Origin: a candidate division WOR-3 bacterium
GTDB taxonomy: Bacteria > Hydrothermota > 32-111
Assembly (NCBI GenBank): GCA_037481815.1
Contig: JBBFKX010000003.1
Coordinates: forward strand, 64,001 to 128,000
DNA length: 64,000 bases
Direction of reading: 5' to 3'
Under the pieces are notes generated by a model that saw only the letters and a list, made by a program, of their open reading frames with translations, searched no databases and was not told where the DNA came from. The position numbers were made by a program, and so were the translations under genes. Of the stretch, positions 37,608-47,813 are shown in pieces. Each line of letters starts with the position of its first letter. The first letter of the stretch is position 1.

Positions 37608-38518
37608 CTTATCTCCAGCATCCTTTCTATCGCTTTGTATGCTTTAATTCTCACATCTTCTTCAACATAAATACTTTCTCCTCCTTCTCCTTTCAGAGAA
37701 AAAAGTATCTCTTTGAGTGTGGTTTTTTTCATATTTTTACACAAGGCCTTTGGTTTTTCTCTTAGAGGATAGAAGATTTTTTCTGGATAGATTTTTTTCA
37801 ACCTGTATATCAACCCTTCTTCTGTTCCAACAACAAATTCTTTTTTCTTACTTTCTTTAGGATAATTTATCATACCTCCGGTTGAAAGGATAACATCACT
37901 CAAAAGTTGAACCTCTTCGGGAGCTTCAGGATGTATCATAATTACAGCATCTGGATATTTTTCCCTCGCTCTTTTGATATCAAAAATGTTGAACTGGTTA
38001 TGAACATAACAAAAACCTTCATAGGTTATAATTTTTTTGTCTGTGTTTCTTCTAACATAGGATGCAAGATTTTTATCAGGTAAAAAAATTATCTCTTTTA
38101 CATCGAGCGAGTTCACAATTTTGATAGCGTTTGCTGATGTACAACAGATATCTGATATCGATTTGATAAGTGCAGTTGTGTTAACATATGAGACGGTTTT
38201 TGCAAAAGGATTTTCTTTTTGAATTTTTTGAACCTTTTCGATATCAACCATATCAGCCATCTCGCAACCTGCAGAAGGAACAGGAAGTATTATATTTTTT
38301 TCCGGTGAAAGGATTTTTGCTGTTTCAGCCATAAATCTTACACCTGCAAAGATCACATTTTTTTTGTCTATATCTTTTATGATTCTACTGAGTTCGAGAG
38401 AATCCCCTATAAAATCTGCAACATCCTGAACATCACCGATCTGATAGTTGTGTGCTATTATGGTAAAATTTTTCTCTTTCTTTAACCTTATAATCTCTTC
38501 TTTTATATTATTTCTCAC
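37604..38518 (-). CDS. nadA: Quinolinate synthase
   Basis: AHNYQ, GDSLEL, GVRFMAET, AGC.MA, YVNT, FLPD.NL, CYVH, HPE, VGTE, C.NMK. GTG start. Confidence 0.95.
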   Translation of the reverse strand: MRNNIKEEIIRLKKEKNFTIIAHNYQIGDVQDVADFIGDSLELSRIIKDIDKKNVIFAGVRFMAETAKILSPEKNIILPVPSAGCEMADMVDIEKVQKIQKENPFAKTVSYVNTTALIKSISDICCTSANAIKIVNSLDVKEIIFLPDKNLASYVRRNTDKKIITYEGFCYVHNQFNIFDIKRAREKYPDAVIMIHPEAPEEVQLLSDVILSTGGMINYPKESKKKEFVVGTEEGLIYRLKKIYPEKIFYPLREKPKALCKNMKKTTLKEILFSLKGEGGESIYVEEDVRIKAYKAIERMLEIR

Positions 38519-39083
38519 TGTAGATCTCCATCAAAATTTTTCCAGCTTTCAAATACACAAACTTTTTATCAACCAACTTTATTATTATGCTGTTTTTTTC
38601 ATCTTTCCAGTATATTGTATCATTAAACATGGTTTTGTTCAATTCAAAATCTCCATGTATCATGGAACAGTTGTAAATATCTTTTTCATAGTATTTAAAA
38701 AAAAATGGAAGTATAAGCCAATCGTTTGGTTCATACTTCAATCCATAATAAACTTTTTTCTTCTCTCCAGTTAGAAATGTTTCTATGGAATTTTCAAGAA
38801 ACTTTACTGTCCCTTCGCTTTTCACTCCCGCCCTTTTGTATTTTGAAATTATTTCTATTGCTTTTTTTTCTTTGATGTTTATCTTTCCTAAATTTTCTAT
38901 TTTTACTAAACCAAAAGCGATATTCGTTTTTATGTCAACATATAGAGTATCTCCCAACACATAATCTTTTATAACACTTGTTCCTGAAAATGAATCCATT
39001 TTGACTCTGTAACTTTTCTGTTCAGAAAATATCGGGATAAAAAGAAGTAAAACTATGAATATAGAATTAATCGATTTTTGCAA
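38508..39083 (-). CDS. Hypothetical exported protein
   Basis: Signal-like IFIVLLLFIPIFS; start set at TTG 39083, overlapping the tyrS 3' end. Confidence 0.55.
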   Translation of the reverse strand: MQKSINSIFIVLLLFIPIFSEQKSYRVKMDSFSGTSVIKDYVLGDTLYVDIKTNIAFGLVKIENLGKINIKEKKAIEIISKYKRAGVKSEGTVKFLENSIETFLTGEKKKVYYGLKYEPNDWLILPFFFKYYEKDIYNCSMIHGDFELNKTMFNDTIYWKDEKNSIIIKLVDKKFVYLKAGKILMEIYSEK

Positions 39084-40272
39084 ATTTTTTCTTTCCAACC
39101 TGAATGATATCACCTTTTTGTGGGGTATAGATATAGTTGAAATCATCTATTACTGTATTGTTGATTTTCAAACCTTTTCCTTTTATGATTCTGCTCGCTT
39201 CTGAAGTTGAATCTGTAAGATTGTACTTCTTTAAAAAACTTGTTATTTTTATCTCTTTATCATCCTCTGAAACCTTTATCAAAGGTATCTGATCTGGAAC
39301 ACCTTTTTCTCGAAAAACTCTGTTGAACTCTTCTTCACACCTTTCACTCTCATCTTTTGAGTAATACATTTCAACAATTTTTTTTGCAAGAATCACTTTA
39401 TAATCTCTTGGGTTTTTCCCTTCCTTCATTTCATTTTCGTACTGTTTAATTTTATCTTCTGAAATATCGGTTGTAAGCAACATGTATTTGGTTATCAGGT
39501 TATCAGGTATTGACATCAATTTCCCGAAAATTTGAGTCGGAGTTTCAGTTATCCCGACATAGTTATCGTACGACTTTGACATTTTTCTTGTTCCATCAAT
39601 ACCTTCAAGAAGTGGCAAAGTCATTATCACCTGACCAGGTAATCCATACTCTTCCTGGATCTCCCTTCCCAACAGGAGATTAAATTTTTGATCTGTCCCA
39701 CCAAGTTCAATATCCGCCCTGACAGCAACCGAATCGTATGCCTGAAACAAAGGATACAGAAATTCGTGAAGGGAAATTGGAATACCATTCTTATATCTCT
39801 GATCAAAATAATCACGTTCAAGCATTCTTGCTACAGTCATCTTTGAAGATAATTTGATTATTTCCTGTGGTGAAAGTTTATCAGACCATTCTCCGTTCAA
39901 CCTAATCTCTGTCTTTTCTGGATCAAGTATTTTGAAAACCTGCTCCTTATAATTTTTTAGATTTTCTTTAATCTCATCATCTGAAAGTTGAGGTCTCGTT
40001 TTGTTTTTGCCTGTAGGATCTCCTATTTTACCGGTGAAATCACCGAAAATCAAAACTGCTGTATGGCCAAACTCCTGAAATTTTCTTAATTTTCTTAAAG
40101 GTATTGTAAAACCAAGATGTATATATGGCCCAGAAGCGTCTATTCCAAGTTTTACTCTTAAAGGTCTATTCTCTTTTTTGGAAATGATAAGTTTTTTTTC
40201 AAGTTCACCTTCTGGGAGTATATCGACACAACCTCTTGAAAGTTCAGATAAAATTTCTTTTAAATTTTCCAT
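39067..40272 (-). CDS. tyrS: Tyrosyl-tRNA synthetase
   Basis: KLGID.S...IHLG, IGDPTGKNKTR, EFLYPL.QAYDS, ELGGTDQKFN, KMSKS, S4-like C-terminus (QVGKKKF). Confidence 0.97.
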   Translation of the reverse strand: MENLKEILSELSRGCVDILPEGELEKKLIISKKENRPLRVKLGIDASGPYIHLGFTIPLRKLRKFQEFGHTAVLIFGDFTGKIGDPTGKNKTRPQLSDDEIKENLKNYKEQVFKILDPEKTEIRLNGEWSDKLSPQEIIKLSSKMTVARMLERDYFDQRYKNGIPISLHEFLYPLFQAYDSVAVRADIELGGTDQKFNLLLGREIQEEYGLPGQVIMTLPLLEGIDGTRKMSKSYDNYVGITETPTQIFGKLMSIPDNLITKYMLLTTDISEDKIKQYENEMKEGKNPRDYKVILAKKIVEMYYSKDESERCEEEFNRVFREKGVPDQIPLIKVSEDDKEIKITSFLKKYNLTDSTSEASRIIKGKGLKINNTVIDDFNYIYTPQKGDIIQVGKKKFAKID

Positions 40273-40283
40273 AATTTAAAAAA

Positions 40284-40356
40284 TGACGGCACAGGGACTC
40301 GAACCCCGGACACGAGGATTATGATTCCTCTGCTCTACCGACTGAGCTATGCCGCC
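40284..40356 (-). tRNA. tRNA with CAU anticodon, most likely elongator tRNA-Met; CCA not encoded
   Basis: GGCGGCATAGCTCAGTCGGTAGAGCAGAGGAAT-CAT-AATCCTCGTGTCCGGGGTTCGAGTCCCTGTGCCGTCA. G1-C72 is paired and there is no GGG/CCC anticodon stem, so it is not the initiator; Ile2 is not fully excluded. Confidence 0.92.
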
Positions 40357-40363
40357 ATAGTTT

Positions 40364-42139
40364 TTATCTATAATCTATTACATTATATTTTTTTCTTAAC
40401 TGGTTCATCCAATCGTTTATAACAGATTGTTGTTTTGCCTGATGTAGTGCCTGAAAATATTTTGTATAATATTCCTGTATTTTTTCCTTACCTGGTTCTT
40501 CAATTTTCAAAACTCTAAAAATATATCCGTAATTTTCACCAGTAAGATAATAAACTTTTTGGACCTCTGATGCAAAAGCGGCACCAAAGAATTGATACTG
40601 GTTGTCAACATCAGGCAACTTTTCAGAGATCGTCTGCTCTTTTGTTTTATGATAAATAAGTTTATTCTTTTTTGCAAAATTTTCAAGTGATAAATTTTCA
40701 CTCTTGATCTGATCAACATGCTGTGACAATTTTAATGCTGACATGATCTTTCTCTTTTTCCCAATCATATAATTTTTTACCTGTTCCTTTACATCCTCAA
40801 AATTTACCTCTTTTGAAACAATTTTGTTATCAATTCTTGCTATTATAAACCTATCGGGAAGTTCAATCACTTTAACATCGTTTTCATTTGAACTCTTCAC
40901 AAAGTTTATTATCCTTTGAGGGTTATCAAAACCTGCAAGATACCCATCCTCAGGGTTAAAAGATTTTGTGGTATATACTTTTAGAGATTCTTTTTCTGCA
41001 ATTTTTTCCAGTCCTTCTTCTTTTATTCTGTTTAACAGATTATCACATCTCTGTTTTATTGAGGATACGGTTTCATAAGATGGTAGAGTTCTGATAAGTA
41101 TATGACTTGCTTTGATTGAATCTTTTTTGACATCATCAACCTTGATCAGATGCCATCCATAAACAGTTTTAACAGGTTTTGAAATCTCTCCAACTTTTAA
41201 GCCGAACGCTGCATCTTCAAACTCTTTGACCATTTGACCTTTTTTAAAATATCCAAGAGATCCTCCATTTGGTGCTGAACCATAATCATCAGAATAGAGT
41301 TGCGCTGCCTTCTCAAATGTAAGATTCCCATTCAAAATGTCATTTCTAAGTCCTTCGATATTTTCTTTTGCGTTCAAAACATCTTCACTGGAAGGAGTTT
41401 TTGGTATTTCTACATATGAAATAACAACTTCTTGATCTTTCTGGAAAACATATTTCTTTCTTTCAAAATATTCTTTTGCTTCCTGATCAGAAACTGTTGG
41501 TGGAACATCTATAACAGTTGGAACAACAACATATTCAACCTGAATTTTTGTCTCATTCAGTTTTATCAATCTTCCAATTTCATCGTTCTGTATTTTTATT
41601 CCAGAAACGAGGTCAGATTGTATCTTAACCTTTGGAAGATTTTCCATTATCTGATTGTAATAAGAAATTTTGAATTCACTGTTATTTGGATCATCTATGA
41701 TCTGTCTATAAAGTTGATAATCAAATTTCCCATCCTTGTAAAACCTTTCATCATTTTTGATCTCCTGTGGTGGGACATTGTAAAGTATATCCAAAATCTC
41801 CTGCTGATCAAAAGTATAGTCGTACTTCCTTATTACATCATCAAAAATGATCTTCGTTACAACCTGGTTAAACGCCTGATCAAGAAGTTCATTTTCTGTC
41901 TGTTGATCGAGGTTTGTTCTGTTTGTGTTTGCAAGATAAGTTTTTCTTAACTTCAGGAATTCATCGTTTAACTGATTATAGGTTATTTTGGTCTTGTTAA
42001 CTTTTCCGACAAAGTTTCCTCTTTCAGGATTGTTTGAGGATGCAAGGTTCATACCCCAATCAAGAAAAATGAATAAAACAAATGAGAGTATAACTATAAC
42101 AAACACTATGGTCATATTTTTTCTCAATTTTGACATCAT
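40364..42139 (-). CDS. PpiD/SurA-family parvulin peptidyl-prolyl isomerase
   Basis: N-terminal TM anchor, SurA_N-like region, rotamase motif F...A..YSDD.GSA.NGG.LG.F....MV.EFE.AAF...G.IS.PVKT.YGWHLIKV. Confidence 0.88.
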   Translation of the reverse strand: MMSKLRKNMTIVFVIVILSFVLFIFLDWGMNLASSNNPERGNFVGKVNKTKITYNQLNDEFLKLRKTYLANTNRTNLDQQTENELLDQAFNQVVTKIIFDDVIRKYDYTFDQQEILDILYNVPPQEIKNDERFYKDGKFDYQLYRQIIDDPNNSEFKISYYNQIMENLPKVKIQSDLVSGIKIQNDEIGRLIKLNETKIQVEYVVVPTVIDVPPTVSDQEAKEYFERKKYVFQKDQEVVISYVEIPKTPSSEDVLNAKENIEGLRNDILNGNLTFEKAAQLYSDDYGSAPNGGSLGYFKKGQMVKEFEDAAFGLKVGEISKPVKTVYGWHLIKVDDVKKDSIKASHILIRTLPSYETVSSIKQRCDNLLNRIKEEGLEKIAEKESLKVYTTKSFNPEDGYLAGFDNPQRIINFVKSSNENDVKVIELPDRFIIARIDNKIVSKEVNFEDVKEQVKNYMIGKKRKIMSALKLSQHVDQIKSENLSLENFAKKNKLIYHKTKEQTISEKLPDVDNQYQFFGAAFASEVQKVYYLTGENYGYIFRVLKIEEPGKEKIQEYYTKYFQALHQAKQQSVINDWMNQLRKKYNVIDYR

Positions 42140-42191
42140 AAAAAATCTCCTTTTTAGAAGGTAAATATATCATATATAAAAAATTTTTCAA

Positions 42192-45100
42192 CTATGTTTC
42201 TTTTAACTCCTCTAACCTTAAGAAGTTTAAATAGTTTTTAAATCTTTCATACAACTTGTTATATATTTCAAACGCTCTGGCTCTAAAATCTTCTCTTCCA
42301 GTTTTTTTGAACAAAGCAAAATATATTTCACCTTTTATGTTTTCTTCATCATATTTCACAAGCAAGTTGTTACATTGTTTAACAAAATCGTTTTCATCTT
42401 CACAGGTATATGTAAGTTTTAAAAGATAATACTTTACATAATTTTCTGCATACTCTTTTCTATCCTTAAAGAAGTTAAGTCCCTCATCTAAAAGTTTCAA
42501 ACCATTTTCTATCTCGTCTTTTTTAACAAAAATTTCTCCTTTTAAAAGTATAGCACTATAGTAATATTGAGTTAATTTTATTTCATTCAAAATTTCAATA
42601 GATTTTTCAATATGTTTCAAAGATTCTTCAAGAAGATTCCGGAGGAGAAAACTATGTGAAATATAAAAATGGTTCAAGGCAATTCCTTTTTTTTCGTTAA
42701 TCTTTTCAGATATTCTCAAACTCTCTTCAAGATAAGAATGCGCAACATCAAAATCTCCAAGTAAAGCGTATAATTGACCAAGATTCGATAATACAGTTCT
42801 TTTCCCTAATCTATCGTTCAACTGATCTGCTAACTGCAAGGATTCCTTATAGAACTCACTTTCAGAAGCATAATCACCTTTTATATTTGCGATTCCTCCA
42901 AGATTGTTTAAAACTATTCTTATACTTTTTCGATCGTTCAACTCTCTTGAAATTTTAAGTTGTTTCAGAAAAAAATCTTCCGCCTTATGATATTCCTTCA
43001 TAGAATAATATAAAGCTCCAAGATTACCATAAAGATAAGATAGAGAAGATTTCGAATTCACATTTTTTAATATCTTTTCTGATTCAAGATATTTTGAAAG
43101 TGCAATATCAAATTCTCCTTTCATCCAGTAGATCAAACCAAGATTTCCATAGACAGAACTTAAAGTCAAAAGAATGTTATTCTCTTGTGCTATTTCTATA
43201 ACATGTTCATAATTTTTTATTGCTTCATCATAATCTCCCATATCTTTCGCAATATTCCCTTTTGTTAAAAAAATGTTAGCATAGGTTTCAGGATCATTCT
43301 CCTTGTCGACAAACTCTCTTGTTTTCTCACAATACTCGATTGCCTTTTTAAATTCATTCTTTCTCCAGCATATCTGAGCTTTTATACTTAAAATATCAGC
43401 AAGTTCATTTTTGTTGTTAAACCTCTCAAAAACTTCATAGGATCTATCAAGATATTCCTGACATTCATCATAGAATCCCATCTGAAAAAGAAGATCACCA
43501 TAATCTTTTAGAATTTTAGATTTTAACTCATCATCAGGATATTCTACGATTTCGCTTAAGAGTTGTTCATAATCATTTTTCACCTCCTGCCACATTCCCA
43601 GTATAAATTTTACTCTATAAAGGTTTGATTTTATAAAAATTTTTTCTGATGATTTCTGAGCATAGTTTAAAGATTTTTCAAAAAATTTTAAACTATCCAG
43701 CAACCGAAATTTTTTGTGGGCGTAATTTCCCGATTTTATAAAAAATTCTTTTGCTTTTTCATAGTTTTCACCTCTTTCATAATGAAACGCTATATCACTA
43801 AATCTTTCCTCATCTTTAAAAAAGAGTTGTTCCATCACCATAGCAACCAGATTGTGATACTCTTTAAGTTTTTTCTTAAGAATCATGTTATAAACCGAAT
43901 CCCTTATAAGAGAATGTTTGAATATCAATTTTAGTTCATTAAGTTTTAAAAGAATATTTTCTCTTTCAATCTCTTTTATTTTATTTTCGAATTTGAAACT
44001 CTTTTTAGAATCTCATTTTCGATTTCATAACCTATTACAGATGATTTTTCTATCAAACTTTTCAATTCTTGATTCAATCTATCGATCCTCGCTATGATTA
44101 TTGAACTTATGGTTGATGGAATATTTTTCACCTCTCCAGTTAAAACATTTTTACCATTCCCATTTTTTATATAATCGTTTTCAAGAAGATAGATTGAAAA
44201 CTGTTCAACGAAGAAGGGATTACCTTCTGTTCTTTCAAAAATAAATTTGACTGTTTCTTCAGAAGGTGAAAATATCAATTGATTCTCTATATAATTTTTG
44301 CAACTCTCATAATCGAAATTTTTGAGTTCTATGATTTCAAGTGAAAAGTGCTGATCGAAATTTAACAATTTTTTGCTTCCATCAGACAGATATCTTGATG
44401 ATAATATTATAGAAAAAGGATAGTTCGAAACCTCTCTTGAAAGGATCTCAAAGAATTGATCACTTCTCTCATCCTGAAACTGCAAATCATCAACAAGGAT
44501 GACCACAGGTTTAATATCGCCCAGAAATATTATAAACTCCTTCAGTGAAAAGAATATACTCTCCTCGATCTGTTTTTTGTTGAATCTATAAAGTGGAGAA
44601 TCTTCGCTGGCAATGTTCAACAAAAATTTAAAAATTTCTTTAGAACTCTCTTTTAAAATCCCATTAAAATCTTTTCTTCTGTACTCTTCGAAGATCACAT
44701 CAAAATTTTTTAAATTCTCTTCCCTTGAGAGAGATCCGTCCTGTTTAAAAAAATCAAACAAAAATTTTTTTACAGATGAAAATTCTTCATTATCAAGGTT
44801 CTCATTTTTAAAAACTAAAAACTGAAAAAGATCTTTATTCCTTGAGATGATCTCAAAAATGATTCTTGTTTTTCCAACTCCAGCATCCCCAAAGATATAT
44901 ATCCCACCACCATTCTTTCCATCAATAAGTTTTTTCAATATATTTTCAATAATCTTTATTTCATTTTCTCTTCCAACAATTTCATTTTCGAAATAGATTT
45001 TTTCTTCAAAAATTTTTTCATTTAAAACTTTAAAAATTTTTTCCTGTTGACTTTTACCTTTCAGAAGTTTTTCCTTTTTAAATACGGTTTTAAATTTTGT

Positions 45101-46192
45101 TCCAATAAGTTTTTCAGTTAACTCATCAATACAGAGTTCCCCAAGATCGCTCTCAACCATGATTCTCGCTGAAACATTTACTCTATCGCCCAATACAGTG
45201 TATGTCGACCTCAGTTTAGAACCGACGTACCCAGCATAAACTTTTCCATAAGTCAATCCACATTTGATCTGGTTTCTATAAGGATCAAGTTTTTTGTCAT
45301 AAAAAAGATTTATCCCTCTTAAAAGGTCATTTTCAAAACTTTTTGGTGCTCCAAATATTATAAAAACTTTACCTCCCTTATCCCCAAAATCGATTAAATT
45401 AAAATAACCTCTATACTGCATGGTGAGTTCAAAAAGAGTGAGAAAAAATTCTTCATAATCCTTCTCTTCAAGTTTATCGAATGATACGAATAAAGATGCT
45501 ACATCCCTGAATTCTCCGATAAATTCTGTTGGGAGTTCTACAGTTGAGAATCTTTTCATCTCTTTTTCATCAAAATTTTTTCTTTCAAAATCCATGTTAG
45601 AGTTTAAAATTTTTTCTCTGTTTAAATACCTGTAACCATTCTCAAAATGTATAAAAAGATTTTCATCAAAAAATTTTTTTGCTTCATATGAAAAATACGA
45701 ATCGTTTTCTCCACAAAGTTTTTCCATCTGTGCAGCAACATTGATTGGATTTCCTTTAAAAAAGTAAATTTTTTTATCCTTTCCCAAAATCGACCATTCA
45801 ACATCTCCAAATGAGACTCCTATTTTTACTGATAAAATGAAATCTCCGTTCAATGTTTGTATTTTACCGTTATCGTTTGAAAATTTTAAAATCGAACCTA
45901 TAATCAGAAGTAAATTTTCTTTTTTATCTTTTTTTAATATTCCAGTAAATGCGTCCCCAGCAAAATTTAAAACATCTCCACCATATTGGTAAACAATTTT
46001 AATCAGTTCACCAAAGAAAAAATTTATTATGTCTGAAAGTGTTTCACTCCCTTTAACATCGTCTCTCATGAGATTTTCTGTCAGTCCTGTAAAACCTTTT
46101 ATATCTACAAAAAAAACAAAAAATTCATCACTCCCTTTAAAACTCTGTTTTTCTATTTTTTCAAGGACTATATCAGGTACTACTTTAAACAT
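42192..46192 (-). pseudogene. Class III adenylate/guanylate cyclase + STAND NTPase + TPR protein, split by a -1 frameshift near 44012-43976 (ORFs 43976-46192 and 42192-43928)
   Basis: ORF1: FVDIKGFT, FAGDA, DFGDKG, YTVLGDRVNVSAR, GDAGVGKTR, VDDLQ, GNPFFVEQ, ARIDRL. The ORF2 frame is open from 44012 and continues the domain (LIFKHSLIRDSVY, then TPRs). Could be an assembly error. Confidence 0.75.
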
Positions 46193-46195
46193 ATG

Positions 46196-46225
46196 AAAAA
46201 AAAAGGGGTATCAAACGATACCCCT
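46196..46225 (-). terminator. Intrinsic terminator after the Lys-rich peptide gene
   Basis: AGGGGTATC-GTTT-GATACCCC followed by T9 on the minus strand. Confidence 0.85.
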
Positions 46226-46247
46226 CAAAACTTTCAACTGAAGCAAA

Positions 46248-46325
46248 CTATTTTTTCTTCGTTGATTTTTTTGGTGCTTCTTTTTTCGTTGTTTTTTTTG
46301 CACAACCTGCTTTTTTTGTTGCCAC
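46248..46325 (-). CDS. 25-aa Lys-rich (histone H1-like) small protein
   Basis: GTG...TAG = MATKKAGCAKKTTKKEAPKKSTKKK; AGGAGG SD 4 nt upstream; own promoter and terminator; below the ORF-track size cutoff. Confidence 0.75.
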   Translation of the reverse strand: MATKKAGCAKKTTKKEAPKKSTKKK

Positions 46326-46453
46326 TTTTCCTCCTTTTGTGACTTTTGGTTTCTCTTTAACAAGAATTTGATCAAAAAAATCAAACATACAAAAACCTTT
46401 CAACTCTATAAAATTTTAACTGATGGGAATTTTTTTTAGATTCCATTGATTTT

Positions 46454-46482
46454 ATTATATACAATCAAGATACAAAAGTCAA
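46454..46482 (-). promoter_or_regulatory. sigma70 promoter upstream of the Lys-rich peptide gene
   Basis: TTGACT(46482-46477)-17 nt-TATAAT(46459-46454). Confidence 0.75.
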
Positions 46483-47813
46483 GAGTTTAAATTATATTTT
46501 TTCATTTTATATCTTATAACCCTTTCAGATGTCTTCAAAACCTTTGCAGCTTCTTTCACAGAGTTGTTGCTTTTTTTAAGAGCATCGAGAATGATATTTT
46601 TTTCAAAATTTGACACCATCTCGTCGAATGAACCATAAAATTCAAGATTTTTTTTGGTTTCCATATTTTCAATAACAATATCACTTTCCTGAATTTTTTC
46701 ACCTGTTCCCAAAATTACAGCTCTCTGGATAATGTTCTGCAACTCTCTTACATTTCCAGGATATGAATAGTTAAAAAGTTTTTCCAGAGCACTTTTTGAA
46801 AAATCTTTAAACTTTTTATTATTCTCCTTTGAATATTTTTGTAAAAAAAAGTAAGATAACTTCTCTATATCCTCTTTTCTTTCCCTTAAAGGCGGAATCT
46901 TTAATGTGATCACATTCAATCTGAAAAAAAGATCCTCTCTAAACTTCTTTTCTTCTATCAATTTTACAAGGTCTCTATTTGTTGCGGAAATAACTCTGAC
47001 ATCAACTTTAATCTTTTCATTTCCTCCAACCCTTTCAAACTCTCTTTCCTGCAAAACTCTCAAAAGTTTTACCTGCATATTGAGAGAGATATCACCGACC
47101 TCATCAAGGAATACTGTTCCCTTATGTGCAATTTCAAACCTTCCCTTTCTCCTTTCATAAGCACCGGTAAAGGCGCCTTTTTCATAACCAAAAAGTTCTG
47201 ATTCAAGTAGATTCTCATTTAACGCACCACAGTTTACAGCCACAAACAGTTTATTTTTTCTACTACTGAAAGAGTGTATCATTTTTGCGATCTGCTCTTT
47301 TCCAGTCCCACTTTCACCTATTATAAGGATATTCGCATTTGAGTTTGCTACCTTTTTTACATTCTCGATCAACTCCCTCATTTTTTCCGATTCATAAACG
47401 AATTCAAAAATTTCTTCCTTTTCTTTAAGAATTTTGTTTTCGTCCTCAACATCGATTATCCGTTCAATTTTTTTAATCTTTATCTGAAGATCATCCAGAT
47501 TTATAGGTTTTTGAATGTAATCGTAACCACCATTCTTTAGAATGTAAACCGAATCCTCGATCGACGAATATGCTGTAATAAGGATAAAAAATGTTTTTAT
47601 TTTATTCTCATTTATAAAATCGAGTATCTCCTTTCCATTTCCATCCCCAAGTTTCATATCTGACATGACTATATCATAACTTTTCCTGTTAAGAAGTTCT
47701 TTAGCATTTTTAACAGATTCAGTTTCGCTTACACTGTAACCAAGACCTTTCAAAAAATCAGATAAATTTTTTCTCTGAATCTTTTCATCTTCTATGAGTA
47801 ATATTTCAACCAT
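46479..47813 (-). CDS. NtrC-family sigma54-dependent response regulator
   Basis: Receiver domain, GESGTGKE, LLESELFGYEKGAFTGA, FLDEV, FREDLFFRLNV, PGNVRELQN, Fis-type HTH. Confidence 0.95.
   Translation of the reverse strand: MVEILLIEDEKIQRKNLSDFLKGLGYSVSETESVKNAKELLNRKSYDIVMSDMKLGDGNGKEILDFINENKIKTFFILITAYSSIEDSVYILKNGGYDYIQKPINLDDLQIKIKKIERIIDVEDENKILKEKEEIFEFVYESEKMRELIENVKKVANSNANILIIGESGTGKEQIAKMIHSFSSRKNKLFVAVNCGALNENLLESELFGYEKGAFTGAYERRKGRFEIAHKGTVFLDEVGDISLNMQVKLLRVLQEREFERVGGNEKIKVDVRVISATNRDLVKLIEEKKFREDLFFRLNVITLKIPPLRERKEDIEKLSYFFLQKYSKENNKKFKDFSKSALEKLFNYSYPGNVRELQNIIQRAVILGTGEKIQESDIVIENMETKKNLEFYGSFDEMVSNFEKNIILDALKKSNNSVKEAAKVLKTSERVIRYKMKKYNLNS

Noticed and set aside
43976..44012. 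Classical programmed -1 ribosomal frameshift
   Set aside because: The A run is only five long (TAAAAAG), not an in-frame A_AAA_AAG heptamer, and I see no downstream stimulatory hairpin.
46326..46450. Riboswitch in the leader of the Lys-rich peptide gene
   Set aside because: AT-rich with no aptamer consensus or stable stems that I can recognise; an Rfam/Infernal scan would be needed to exclude it.
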